The translations under genes and the position numbers were made by a program. Under the pieces are notes generated by a model that worked only from the letters and a program-made list of their open reading frames with translations, ran no database searches and was not told the DNA's origin. A stretch of 64,000 nucleotides of DNA from a virus: IMG/VR virus record IMGVR_UViG_3300027801_001565, one strand, 5' to 3'. Position 1 is the stretch's first letter. The number at the start of each line of letters is the position of its first letter. Positions 34,920 to 44,761 of this stretch are shown piece after piece.

Positions 34920-35522
34920 CTATTTAACCTTTTGTAAAGTACTCTTCGTTGTTTTTGGTCCTTTACTTTTCTTGTTAGCAGCTTTGTTTCTAAGTTCTAA
35001 ACGCTTCGTAACTTGGTCTGGTGTCATCCAATAATCCTTACCTCTTATCATCTCTTCAATTTCTTTGTCTGTAAGGAAGTCCTTGTACACTTGTTTAAAG
35101 AGTTGAGTAGCCCATTTGTTATCTGCCATTACACTCTCTAGTTGTTCATGTCCTTTACCCCAATTACCTGAGCTGTAAGTATGGAACATGAAGTGAGAAT
35201 GATCTGATATCTCACATACATCTGCACATAAGAATATTAGAGTGGCTGCTGACATACACATGCCTTCTACCGAGGCAACTACTGTTGCTGGGCATTGGGA
35301 TATAGATCTCATTAACTGAATAGCTGTAAATATTTCACCACCAGATGAATTGATGTGAATAATAACCGCATCGTTCTCACCGGCTTGTCTCATTAACTGG
35401 TTCCAATCCTGATACTCTTTAGCATCTGTAATTGTACCTGTTAGATAAAAGTCGTATACTCGTGCCAGTGGACGTTCATATGCGTTTTGTAATTGTAGGG
35501 CTTTATTGTTAGACTCGTTCAT
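34920..35522 (-). CDS. clpP: ClpP-family protease subunit
   Basis: IHINSSGG, GMCMSAAT (catalytic Ser), FMFH (His) and DYWMT. Confidence 0.85.
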   Translation of the reverse strand: MNESNNKALQLQNAYERPLARVYDFYLTGTITDAKEYQDWNQLMRQAGENDAVIIHINSSGGEIFTAIQLMRSISQCPATVVASVEGMCMSAATLIFLCADVCEISDHSHFMFHTYSSGNWGKGHEQLESVMADNKWATQLFKQVYKDFLTDKEIEEMIRGKDYWMTPDQVTKRLELRNKAANKKSKGPKTTKSTLQKVK

Positions 35523-35862
35523 AATATCTCGTTACCGCCTTAATCTTTTCAATCTGTGTATCAATGATAGCCACTCTGTTAGGCCAATGTATATATTCCT
35601 TTTCAGGATTCTTTTGCAAATTGTAAAGTAGAGGAAGAACAAGATCTTCTACGTCACGAAGTTTAGTTGCCACGTCGGACTCAATTAACGCTCTGTGTTC
35701 GTTAACCATTCCAGAGTTATCAGCTTGTAGAATTTTTGCTTCTAACTGCGTGAGTTTATCTAGTAATTTATCTGTTTCAATAGAAGGAGCAATAGCCTGT
35801 TGAGGGTTTAAATTCTCTGGTTCGTCTACTGCTGTAAAGCCAAAATCGAAAGCGTCTGCCAT
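35509..35862 (-). CDS. Conserved T4-like hypothetical protein
   Basis: FDFGFTAVDE...LPLLYNLQKNPEKEYIHWPNR; late promoter at 35883..35890. Confidence 0.7.
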   Translation of the reverse strand: MADAFDFGFTAVDEPENLNPQQAIAPSIETDKLLDKLTQLEAKILQADNSGMVNEHRALIESDVATKLRDVEDLVLPLLYNLQKNPEKEYIHWPNRVAIIDTQIEKIKAVTRYYERV

Positions 35863-35891
35863 GATGTCTCCTTATTATATATTATTTATAA

Positions 35892-36461
35892 CTACTTCTT
35901 AGGAGAAGATAGCCTTTGGTATTTCTTAATCTTTTTATCTATAGACTTAAGAGCTCTTTTAATTTTCTCTTTAGACGCTCTCATAGTAAAGTTCTGTCCG
36001 AGCATGTGATCGTATTCATGTTGTATTACTCTTGATGTAATACCTTCATACGTCTCCATCTTTTCTTCACCTAACTCGTCCCAATACTTAATCATACATA
36101 CTGTAGGTCTTGAAATCATTAACCACAGTCCCGGGAACGATAAGCATCCTTCTTTCATTGCTTCTGTCTCTTTACCTACACCCATGATCTCTGGGTTAAA
36201 GAATGCCTTTTGCATTCCATCAGGTTGTCCGTCGCCAATTACAAACACCTTGGCGTCTATGCCAACTTGGTTAGCAGACAATCCTACTCCACCTAGTTCA
36301 GCCATTCTCTCTAACAAACGAGCCTTTAGTGCAGGTGCATCGTTGCCTTCAAATACATAAGGAGTAGGAGGTGTTCTAAGTTGAGGGTCTGCAAAGTTTA
36401 TAAGCTCTAGTGGATCTACTTCCGTTGCTTCTTGTACTTCTGTCAATTCCATTTCTTCCAT
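35892..36461 (-). CDS. def: Peptide deformylase
   Basis: GVGLSANQ, EGCLS and QHEYDH. Confidence 0.95.
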   Translation of the reverse strand: MEEMELTEVQEATEVDPLELINFADPQLRTPPTPYVFEGNDAPALKARLLERMAELGGVGLSANQVGIDAKVFVIGDGQPDGMQKAFFNPEIMGVGKETEAMKEGCLSFPGLWLMISRPTVCMIKYWDELGEEKMETYEGITSRVIQHEYDHMLGQNFTMRASKEKIKRALKSIDKKIKKYQRLSSPKK

Positions 36462-36463
36462 AA

Positions 36464-36823
36464 TTAATTTCCTATTGTTGGTCGTTTATCGTCTTCAATT
36501 ATTCCGTCGTAACCTTTGAATCTATAGTATACTGTTATCTCTTCGCCTGACTTAATAGGCATAGTAGCATACAATGTTCTGTCACCTGCATCAGTAGTAA
36601 TAAAACAGTTTGGATTCTCACTATGATTTATAAAACCTCCGAGGGGCGTTCTAATCCATTCATGTCTGTCTCTGCTGTGTACTAACACATGGGTCTCACC
36701 AAAGACCGTACCGGCATCAAAAGATTGCTCTGCATGTAATCCTAAACCTTCGATCTTACTCTTCTTAATTGTAAGCCCTATAGGAAGTGGTCTGTATGTT
36801 GCGTTGGTATTAATTTTCATCAT
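36464..36823 (-). CDS. SET-domain protein (lysine methyltransferase-like)
   Basis: SKIEGLGL, FINHSENPN and IKSGEEITVYY. Confidence 0.88.
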   Translation of the reverse strand: MMKINTNATYRPLPIGLTIKKSKIEGLGLHAEQSFDAGTVFGETHVLVHSRDRHEWIRTPLGGFINHSENPNCFITTDAGDRTLYATMPIKSGEEITVYYRFKGYDGIIEDDKRPTIGN

Positions 36824-37040
36824 CCAACTTAGCTATATATTGTTGGTAACCACCAATTGATTCTCCGTCTACTATTATCTGTGGGAAGGTTCGAGCAGTT
36901 GGAAACTTCTCAAAAAACTCTTCCTCAGTATAGTCTGCATCTAACATGAAGTATTCATGGTCTATGTTTCTTTGTTTGGAAATATTCTTAGCTGCATCAC
37001 AATATGTGCATCTAGACTTTCCATATATTTCTACCTTCAT
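36810..37040 (-). CDS. Glutaredoxin
   Basis: CTYC, RTFPQI and IGGY; AGGAG SD before ATG 37040. An in-frame upstream peptide extends to 37139. Confidence 0.9.
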   Translation of the reverse strand: MKVEIYGKSRCTYCDAAKNISKQRNIDHEYFMLDADYTEEEFFEKFPTARTFPQIIVDGESIGGYQQYIAKLDDEN

Positions 37041-37135
37041 TTTTATCTCCTTCTTAAAAATCTTATCCCAATTATCTGAGTACGCCTTATCGTTGGCGTT
37101 CCTTCTTTTGGAACCCTTACCACCGTGCCACTGGC

Positions 37136-38809
37136 TCACTTACTAATAACAGAATAGTTCTGTCTCTTCTCAAACCTAATAACAGATCTAAATTTATCAA
37201 ACAACTGATCACCCTTGTGTGAGATTACAAATACATTCGTATCATCACCTATAGTGTTCAACAGTTGCATCACATAGTCTGTTCCATTGTTATCTAAACT
37301 ACTATCAAACACTTCATCTAATAGTAGTATGTTTGTACTAGCGCTGTTCTTCATCTTAGCAATCGTTCGCCATGTAAACACTAGGGCTAAATCTATTCTT
37401 TGTTTCTCACCTTCACTAAAAGATGCGTAACTAAATTTGTCTCTGTGTCTAGACTTAATAGTCTCTTTAAATGTGCCGTCTAAATCAAACTGCACAAAGA
37501 AGTCCATCGCTGCTAAATATTTGTTTACAAGTTTATTTATTATAGGTAGATAGGCTTTTATGATTTTTGTTTTAATACCGGTATCCTTCAGCATAGACTG
37601 TGCGACGCTGTAGTACTGGCCTGTTTCACTTAGCTCTGTTCTGTTTACTGTTTTAGTTATAGCTTCTTTAGCTAATGTTTTTAATTTCTTTCTTTCGTCT
37701 GTAATGTTACCTACTTTAGTTTCAGTATCATTTAATTCTAGTTGTAGTCGCTGTTGTATTCTTTGTTGTGTAATGATCTCATTATTAGACTCCATAATCT
37801 TACTGTCCAACTCTGAAACCTTTGCTACAAGAACTTCAACCTCATCATACTTTATATTCAATTCTGTAAGAGCACTATCAAGAGCTGAGATCTTTGACTT
37901 ATCTCTTGTAGTTATAGTCTCCTTGTGTTCGTGTTCTATGCCTTGCTGACATGTAGGACACTCTTCATTTGAATCAAAGAATTCTATTTGCTTTCTGTGT
38001 GAACTGATTTGTCCTTCAAATTTTGTTCTATATCCTTCAAGTTGTCTTTTCTTTTCTGAAACAGTACCAATCGCCTGCTTTGCCTCTGTTGTCTGTCGAA
38101 CCTCATCTTGAGCCGTCTTGATCGCATTATCAGTTTCCTTTATTGTTTCTACGATTGCTTTAACCTTAGAGGACTTATCGTCTTCTAGTGTCTTGATATA
38201 CTGTTCTTGTATTGTAGCTTTTTGTTTGGCTACAGTCAAGTCTCCTTCAACTATTCTTTTCTTATTTTCCAAGTCTGCTAGTTTAGTTTTTAAAACATCG
38301 TTCATAGATGAGAATATACTAATGTCTAATATGTCCTCAATTATCTCACGTCGAGCACCCAGGTGTAACTGCATGAAGGGAGTGAATGATGCACTACCTA
38401 ACATAACAATCTGAGTAAACGATTTATAGTTAAGTTTTAAAATAGACTCTTCCAAATACTTCTGGAAGTCTCTTATGTTAGCGTTCTTATCTAACTGATC
38501 GCCGTTAATCTCGATGTCGAAAATCTTTGGGATCTCGCCACGCCTAATGAGATAATTCTTACTGCCTATACTAAATTCTATTTCTACTAACAGCTTCTTC
38601 TTATTTATAGAATTAATTAATTGGGGCTTGGATACAGATCTAAATGGCTTGTTAAACAATGCGAACGTTAATGCATCTAACATTGTACTCTTACCACTGC
38701 CGTTCTCTCCTAGTATTAATGTGCTAGGTGAATGATCAAACTTTATTTCTGTCCATGCGTTGCCAGTAGATAGAAAGTTTTTCCATCTTAAATTTTTAAA
38801 TATTATCAT
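37136..38809 (-). CDS. gp46: Recombination endonuclease SMC-like subunit
   Basis: WKNFLSTGN, GENGSGKST, CPTC hook, FSEGEKQRID and LLDEVFDSSLD. Confidence 0.97.
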   Translation of the reverse strand: MIIFKNLRWKNFLSTGNAWTEIKFDHSPSTLILGENGSGKSTMLDALTFALFNKPFRSVSKPQLINSINKKKLLVEIEFSIGSKNYLIRRGEIPKIFDIEINGDQLDKNANIRDFQKYLEESILKLNYKSFTQIVMLGSASFTPFMQLHLGARREIIEDILDISIFSSMNDVLKTKLADLENKKRIVEGDLTVAKQKATIQEQYIKTLEDDKSSKVKAIVETIKETDNAIKTAQDEVRQTTEAKQAIGTVSEKKRQLEGYRTKFEGQISSHRKQIEFFDSNEECPTCQQGIEHEHKETITTRDKSKISALDSALTELNIKYDEVEVLVAKVSELDSKIMESNNEIITQQRIQQRLQLELNDTETKVGNITDERKKLKTLAKEAITKTVNRTELSETGQYYSVAQSMLKDTGIKTKIIKAYLPIINKLVNKYLAAMDFFVQFDLDGTFKETIKSRHRDKFSYASFSEGEKQRIDLALVFTWRTIAKMKNSASTNILLLDEVFDSSLDNNGTDYVMQLLNTIGDDTNVFVISHKGDQLFDKFRSVIRFEKRQNYSVISK

Positions 38810-39867
38810 AGAGTGTCCTGTGCCTCAATGTATAACGACTGTAATAGATTCTTAACTCTATGTTTATCTAAGTCTGTCTCTACTTGGTCTACATAATCTT
38901 TTAATAGTGTCATTGTATCCTCCAAGTCTATGTCCTCACCTAATGCCTCGTCCTCAAACTCTGAAAAGTCTTCAATAATTTTTAAGTCTATTAGGTTACA
39001 TGCGTATAGCTTGTCTACGAAATGATCAAACCTTGTGAAGTCTGTCTTCTTACTTACAATTAGTTTAACACAACCGCCGACAATAGAGTTAAAATCAAAA
39101 TTGCTAATATCATTGACACCTTCGAAATCGTTATCGTTGTAATAAATTTTGTGGAAGAGTCTAAACGGGTTGTCGCTGTAAGTAAGATCTCTTTTAACCG
39201 TGTCGAAAACGGCAAATCCCCTGGGATCGTTATAGTCAGACCAAGTAATTTCATAAGGGTTTCCCATATATGTAATGTTGCCTCGACTATGACGGTGATG
39301 GAAGTGGCCACTAACGACAAGATCAAACATGTTAACAGAACTAGGATCCATCCCATGAAGATTAGGCATTCCAGGAAGCATGTCATAACCCGCGAACTCA
39401 AAATGTCCGAAGCAAGTCTTTGCATCGGTTCCTTGTATTGCTTTAATTGTTTCATCATAATTTTCACCACATATCCATGGGAGAAATAATACCTTCTCCC
39501 GATCTAACATTATCTCAGTTGCTTCCTGATACAATGTAACGTTATCGTATCCCCCTAACAATAAGTTAGGAGAGTTTACATCATTTGTATTTTTAAAATA
39601 TGTATCATGATTGCCTGGAATCATATGTACATCAATGCCTAGCGATGATGCCTTATCAAAGAAGTATCTCTTACAAGACTGTAATGTATTAAAGTTTATA
39701 TACTTACGTCTATCAAACACATCTCCAAGATGGCAAATTGTTTTTATATCTTGCTCAACTAATTGAGGAAAGAAAAATTCATCATAAAATTTGGCAAAGT
39801 AAGCATCGAAAGCTAGGCTATCTGAGCGTGCACCAAAGTGTGTGTCTGTTACAAGAGCAACCTTCAT
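38806..39867 (-). CDS. gp47: Recombination endonuclease Mre11-like subunit
   Basis: DTHFG, GDVFDRRK, GNHD and SGHFH. Confidence 0.97.
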   Translation of the reverse strand: MKVALVTDTHFGARSDSLAFDAYFAKFYDEFFFPQLVEQDIKTICHLGDVFDRRKYINFNTLQSCKRYFFDKASSLGIDVHMIPGNHDTYFKNTNDVNSPNLLLGGYDNVTLYQEATEIMLDREKVLFLPWICGENYDETIKAIQGTDAKTCFGHFEFAGYDMLPGMPNLHGMDPSSVNMFDLVVSGHFHHRHSRGNITYMGNPYEITWSDYNDPRGFAVFDTVKRDLTYSDNPFRLFHKIYYNDNDFEGVNDISNFDFNSIVGGCVKLIVSKKTDFTRFDHFVDKLYACNLIDLKIIEDFSEFEDEALGEDIDLEDTMTLLKDYVDQVETDLDKHRVKNLLQSLYIEAQDTL

Positions 39868-39870
39868 AGA

Positions 39871-40326
39871 TTACGCCTCGTATATCGCGCTGTTAGCTCC
39901 GTGTTCACGAACCTCACAAGACGTAGCGAAACATCTACCACCACTCTTTTCAGATACCAAGTTGTCTGCAAAATGAAATGCCTGCTCAGCAAACTTCTCA
40001 CAACCTACGCCATTCATAACTCTCACTTCTGAAAGTCCTCTAGCTTCTGTTTGTAAAAAGAATTCCATTTCAGGATCGTCTTTTGCTACTGCGTGCTTGT
40101 GATCAAAGTTATCTTTTAGCCATGCTTTAAGTTCTTTCAAGTCTCCAAAGTCGACTACCCAATTTTTGTCATCTAAAATATTACAACCAAATGTAAATTT
40201 AAAAGATAAAGCATAGCCGTGTAGTAAACTACAATGGCTGTGTAATGCTAGTGGTTGTCTAAACATACAGGATAATCCTTCTTCGTGTCCGTATGTCTTA
40301 GTTGATAAGTATTTAAATTCTTTCAT
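39871..40326 (-). CDS. queD: 6-carboxytetrahydropterin synthase
   Basis: HCSLLHGY, WVVDFGDLK, FDH, GCEKFA and EVREHGANSA. Confidence 0.85.
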   Translation of the reverse strand: MKEFKYLSTKTYGHEEGLSCMFRQPLALHSHCSLLHGYALSFKFTFGCNILDDKNWVVDFGDLKELKAWLKDNFDHKHAVAKDDPEMEFFLQTEARGLSEVRVMNGVGCEKFAEQAFHFADNLVSEKSGGRCFATSCEVREHGANSAIYEA

Positions 40327-41387
40327 TATGTAAGCTCCTTATATAGATTAGTAGCTGAAAAGTATTCTTTTTCCAGCTTATCTCTGTTTGTTTCAATGGC
40401 CGTTTGTACTGCCTGGTGTTCAAAGTTTGTCATCAAGTCTGTTATCTTCTGACATAACTCTTCCTTATGGTCCTGGTATGTCCTCCAATCTTCAGCCCAA
40501 TCTGATGGGTATTTAAATATGTCATCATACATTTCCATATAAGAAAGTCTATTAGGAACTAATGGAATCCCACCGCCTCTTAATATCTCATAACAGCTGA
40601 TGCCTAATGTCTCTTGATTGTTTGCTGAGAATACCATTTTAGATTCTTCGATAAGTCTGTTGTATTCTGGTTTTGTAAGATTGTAATCATTACAATTAAT
40701 AAATTGGTATTGAGGTAATTCCTCTGCCAGATCTAGAAATATATCTAGTTGTTTTTCTGGTGCGTTTCTGTGAGGGAATAGAATAATATCTTTCTTTTCT
40801 GTACCTGGATTTATATGTGTATTAAGATACTCCATAGGCCATCCTGTTCTTACAATTTTACTTCTTAAATATTCCTCATCTTGTTGTCCATCAAACATTA
40901 CAGTAGCAAACATACCAATGTGAAATTGAGATGCAAAATAGTTTCTATCGAAAGCATCAAACATAGCATACTCTGTATGTCTAACCCACTTCTTATTTCC
41001 TATACGTCTACCTAAGAAGTCATGTGCATCGTAACTACCTGCGTGCCATAAACCATGTGTAGTTATATCAACGTTCAATAACTCTGCCATGTATTTAAGT
41101 TGTAACACACCAGGGTGCCAAGCATCTGCAAAGACAAAGTGATCTCCATCTTCTACTTTTTCTTTCTGAAAAAGATCTGCTATAATTTTAACTTGTTCAG
41201 ACTTATAAATGTTCGTGCCTGCAAAGTCTAAGAAGGCACCGGGAGTGGTGCCATTTGCTATGTCTTCTGGTCCTTCTATAACAGTAACGTCCTGTCCTGT
41301 TCTATCAGATATTGACTGGGGGAACTCGTCTTTCCACTGAGCTGTATATCTAGTCTCTACATATTCTAAATCAACTAAATAAATCAT
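40326..41387 (-). CDS. GT-B fold glycosyltransferase within the deazaguanine cluster
   Basis: ILFPHRNAPEKQ and QETLGISCYE (E-x7-E) followed by GIPLVP, the signature of GT4-type nucleotide-sugar binding domains. Confidence 0.75.
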   Translation of the reverse strand: MIYLVDLEYVETRYTAQWKDEFPQSISDRTGQDVTVIEGPEDIANGTTPGAFLDFAGTNIYKSEQVKIIADLFQKEKVEDGDHFVFADAWHPGVLQLKYMAELLNVDITTHGLWHAGSYDAHDFLGRRIGNKKWVRHTEYAMFDAFDRNYFASQFHIGMFATVMFDGQQDEEYLRSKIVRTGWPMEYLNTHINPGTEKKDIILFPHRNAPEKQLDIFLDLAEELPQYQFINCNDYNLTKPEYNRLIEESKMVFSANNQETLGISCYEILRGGGIPLVPNRLSYMEMYDDIFKYPSDWAEDWRTYQDHKEELCQKITDLMTNFEHQAVQTAIETNRDKLEKEYFSATNLYKELT

Positions 41388-41772
41388 TTTCTATTATCCC
41401 TCCATTCTCATTATCCTCGTATACTTCAACTCTAACAGGTCTGTTAGGATACTGTTCTTCTATATAATTTATAAGAGCTTCACCTATCATTTCACAAGAC
41501 TGGTGGTCTAGTTCGAGGACTGCGGTAGAGCTGTCTACTTCGTCATAAAGTCTTTCTAGTTCACGTTTAAATTGTATGAACTCTACATCTCTGTCGTTAT
41601 GTTCTACACCGAGTGTTACATAGAAATGGAACATGTGTCTGTGAGGATATCCTAAAAAGCTAACATCGTCCCATTCACCTGTAGCATACTTAGGATTTGT
41701 ATCTGCTCCTGGGAAAAAATGTACTCCCTCTTTTTGGAAGCTTACTTTTATGAAGCGGTTCTTATAAGCCAT
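41371..41772 (-). CDS. dpdL: QueD-like T-fold protein, probable CDG decarboxylase (DpdL-like)
   Basis: LGYPHRHMF (LxxxHRHxF), SCEMIG and VEVYED T-fold features; lies in a que/fol cluster lacking queC. Confidence 0.65.
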   Translation of the reverse strand: MAYKNRFIKVSFQKEGVHFFPGADTNPKYATGEWDDVSFLGYPHRHMFHFYVTLGVEHNDRDVEFIQFKRELERLYDEVDSSTAVLELDHQSCEMIGEALINYIEEQYPNRPVRVEVYEDNENGGIIENDLFS

Positions 41773-42305
41773 GTTGGTTCCTCTCTGTTTGTATATTTAG
41801 CAAAGTCAATTTTGTATTTGTTGTAATACCTGCGATAAGAGTTGACTACACTCTCACCTTTTACATCGTCTGGCATTGCCAACGGTAATCCTTTTACATC
41901 TGCCTCACTAGCAAATGGAATATTTTTAGGTGCGTACTTCAAAAGATGTTCTAATTTTTCTTGTGTTAAGTGAGTACGCCCATACCTGTGAGTATATTCT
42001 TTAGATAGTTTATACCATAGATCATATAGATAATTATAATTGGCAGAGCTACTTCTAACCCAGATACCATCTGGGTGGTTAACATGGCTTGCCTTATATA
42101 ATGTAGATTCCATATTGTTATTACTATGTCTCCATCGCTTGATAGCTCTACCGTTTTTTGTTTTGTCTCCATATAAATCTCCGTCTAATACTCTATGTGC
42201 TGTAGACATTAGTTGTGCGTATTCAATTACCATTTTAACAACATGCTTATCACAATGTTGTTCTGCACATAGTAGTGGGTTTTCATTAAGTAAAAATATG
42301 TTCAT
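41748..42305 (-). CDS. Pyrimidine-dimer DNA glycosylase/endonuclease V-like family protein
   Basis: MNIF...HCDKHVVKM...EYAQLMSTAH, HVNHP, EYTHRYGRTH and AMPD...YRRYY. Confidence 0.8.
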   Translation of the reverse strand: MNIFLLNENPLLCAEQHCDKHVVKMVIEYAQLMSTAHRVLDGDLYGDKTKNGRAIKRWRHSNNNMESTLYKASHVNHPDGIWVRSSSANYNYLYDLWYKLSKEYTHRYGRTHLTQEKLEHLLKYAPKNIPFASEADVKGLPLAMPDDVKGESVVNSYRRYYNKYKIDFAKYTNREEPTWLIRTAS

Positions 42306-43576
42306 TCAAATAAATCCTCTAAACTACTAGGTGCCTCCGTACCAACAGCCATGCTCTTCATACTGCCACCTAAATACTGGTTGTTTTCCCAGGCATCGTA
42401 TTCTTCACGATTAGTTACATTGTACAAGTTTCTGAACTGTCCGTCAAGTTTTAACTTACCCGTAAACTTCAATAAGGTATCCTTGTCTAACATCATAGAT
42501 TCTAAGTGTGCCATAAAGTTTCTAATGGACATTAGGATAAATGCTGTCCTAACATAGATCCAAGTGTTTAAGTTGCCATATTTCTCTTTAGCTTTTAAGG
42601 AAGGTGTGTTCATAAGCTCGTGAAATTCGTCTAGATCTACGCCCAATTGGACTGTTTCCTGCACGTTATTGTACATTTCACGATACAAATTAGACATTTT
42701 CCTATTGAACTTAGTTGTGCCTTTACCCATGTAATATAAACCCGTCTCAACCGCCCTGCTGTGTGTAGTAGAGTCATATGATATTTCTACATTGTCATAC
42801 AAACCGTTCTGACAAAAGACTAAGTAAGGAAGCATACGTCTGATACTACCTACTCCCAAGACGTGTAAGTGCATGATCTCTTGTGGCCATATCTTAGCAA
42901 TCTCAGAGGCAATAAAGGCTCTTTTAACATCTTCTAATGGGCCGGTGCCTAGAGCCGCTGCTCCCATTGCAACACCACCAATTCTATCGTGCCATTCTGA
43001 TGGTACTTCTTCCATTAGAAGCTCATACCATCTAAGGTATGTATCAATACAGTTACCCTGTAGGATAATATAAGGTTTACATGTACTACCTGCTTTATCA
43101 AATATTTCTAATTGTCTTTTAACATTTCTACCTGTCTTACGAGCCAGTTCTTCATAGTTCTCAAAGTCAAAGAACCTAGCCTTTGTATCGTTTCTATCTG
43201 ACTTACCGCCTGTAAGGATAACAGGTATCTCATCAAAGCACATGCCAACGTCTGCCCACTTGGCTTGGTTCTCATATACTTTATCTTTTAATTCATCTGT
43301 AATTACCATACCTTGGGTAACAATCTGTAGTCCACCTGAGTCTGCGTGGATCTCATTTACATGAGGCTTATATACTGTGAACCTTTCACCAAAGCTTGAC
43401 TCTGTATGTGCGTTGTAAAGCATAGAAAACTTGTGGCTATGTACATCAGTTACTAACTTGTCTATAAGCATGTTTATTATCTGGGAGTTTGTCTCGTCTT
43501 TTGCTACACTAGGATTACTAAATCTCATATAGCTAGTACCCGAAACAACATAGTCTAGTTTTCTATTTTTAATCAT
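42302..43576 (-). CDS. dpdA: tRNA-guanine transglycosylase-fold 7-deazaguanine insertase (DpdA-like)
   Basis: ADSGGLQ, FDEIP, ILQG, HLHVLGVG and SYDSTTH match TGT catalytic motifs; clustered with folE/queD/queE. Confidence 0.75.
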   Translation of the reverse strand: MIKNRKLDYVVSGTSYMRFSNPSVAKDETNSQIINMLIDKLVTDVHSHKFSMLYNAHTESSFGERFTVYKPHVNEIHADSGGLQIVTQGMVITDELKDKVYENQAKWADVGMCFDEIPVILTGGKSDRNDTKARFFDFENYEELARKTGRNVKRQLEIFDKAGSTCKPYIILQGNCIDTYLRWYELLMEEVPSEWHDRIGGVAMGAAALGTGPLEDVKRAFIASEIAKIWPQEIMHLHVLGVGSIRRMLPYLVFCQNGLYDNVEISYDSTTHSRAVETGLYYMGKGTTKFNRKMSNLYREMYNNVQETVQLGVDLDEFHELMNTPSLKAKEKYGNLNTWIYVRTAFILMSIRNFMAHLESMMLDKDTLLKFTGKLKLDGQFRNLYNVTNREEYDAWENNQYLGGSMKSMAVGTEAPSSLEDLFE

Positions 43577-44082
43577 GATCTAAGAATCTCAATTAACACC
43601 TTAGCTTCTGCTGTTGCATCGTCTAAAGCATTGTGGTTATTTGCCTTGGGCAATCTTTTATTCAATACATTCATAAGAGTTCGTAAACAAGATATGTCCC
43701 AGAACTTCCAGGGTATGTCTACGTTCACTGCTTTCATTGCACTCTCTAATATAACAATATCAAAGTTGGCACCGTAACCCCATGCTGGGAATGATTGTGT
43801 GCCGTACCAAGACACAAATTTGTCTAGTGCTTCTTGTAGATCAACAGGATCTTTTTGCCAAGCCTCTCTAGCCTCGACAGTTTGTTCTTGCCACCACTTA
43901 ATTGTACCAGGATCTATGTGTAGTCCTGCCTCTTTACATGACTTAGCATCTACATTAATATAAAACGTATCTACAATTTCCATGTTGTCAATTAGTACTG
44001 CCCCAATAGATACAATACATGCGTTAGGTTCTGTACTTAGAGTTTCTAAGTCAATTACTACATGTTTTTTAGATGTGTCCAT
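43573..44082 (-). CDS. DEDDh 3'-5' exonuclease
   Basis: IDLETL, GANFD and HNALDDA. Confidence 0.88.
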   Translation of the reverse strand: MDTSKKHVVIDLETLSTEPNACIVSIGAVLIDNMEIVDTFYINVDAKSCKEAGLHIDPGTIKWWQEQTVEAREAWQKDPVDLQEALDKFVSWYGTQSFPAWGYGANFDIVILESAMKAVNVDIPWKFWDISCLRTLMNVLNKRLPKANNHNALDDATAEAKVLIEILRS

Positions 44083-44761
44083 TGCCTATTTCCTGTAATT
44101 TAATATTGTCCATAAATTCTTGTTTAAGATGTATGTTAGTTTTTAACTCACCTTTAACAACCGTTGTTTGTGTAGAACTATTACTTGCCATTATGCCTCT
44201 GTTCTCACAGCAACCATGTCTCGCTCTAATGTAAACTGCTACACCCTTACTTTGTGTAAGTTTCTCAATACGTTCTGCTATCATTTCTGTTAGCTCTTCT
44301 TGTAAGTGTCCGCGATTTGATAAGTGCTGAGCAACTCTTGTGTACTTGGACAAACCAATAACAAAGTCACCTGGCAAACACCCTATGTAACATACACCAC
44401 TCACTGGTTGGTGATGATGTGAACACATGGATTTAATATTCATTCGTACAACAATTAGTTGATCGTACTGGCCTTCGTTAGGGAAAGAAGCTATCCTAGG
44501 ATCTGGTAAATACCTACCACTCATTATCTCATTAATATACATCTTTGCCAAACGATTAGCTGTACCTTCTGAATTTGGATCATTGTCTGTGTCTATAATA
44601 AGACTACTTAATACTCCTTGAAACTTACTTGCCAACTCGTCTATAAGTTGTTGTCTCTCATAGTCATCTAATATATATTCTGAAATATTATCAGCGGCAA
44701 AGTAACGTTTACCGTCTGCCTTTAGTCTTGTCTTAATTATCTCGCTCATTAAATCTGTCAT
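44069..44761 (-). CDS. folE: GTP cyclohydrolase I
   Basis: TANRLAKMY, SMCSHHHQP, IGLSKYTR, LQEELT and HGCCENRG. Confidence 0.95.
   Translation of the reverse strand: MTDLMSEIIKTRLKADGKRYFAADNISEYILDDYERQQLIDELASKFQGVLSSLIIDTDNDPNSEGTANRLAKMYINEIMSGRYLPDPRIASFPNEGQYDQLIVVRMNIKSMCSHHHQPVSGVCYIGCLPGDFVIGLSKYTRVAQHLSNRGHLQEELTEMIAERIEKLTQSKGVAVYIRARHGCCENRGIMASNSSTQTTVVKGELKTNIHLKQEFMDNIKLQEIGNGHI

Noticed and set aside
34270-34920. Cobalamin riboswitch upstream of the BtuB-like gene
   Set aside because: The upstream space is filled by coding ORFs, and I saw no B12-box-like sequence.
42302-43576. Ordinary tRNA-queuosine pathway
   Set aside because: No queC, queF or queA is in the window, the protein lacks the CxCxxC zinc site of bacterial TGT, and the only tRNA seen (Thr-UGU) is not a queuosine substrate. 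DNA modification fits better but is unproven.
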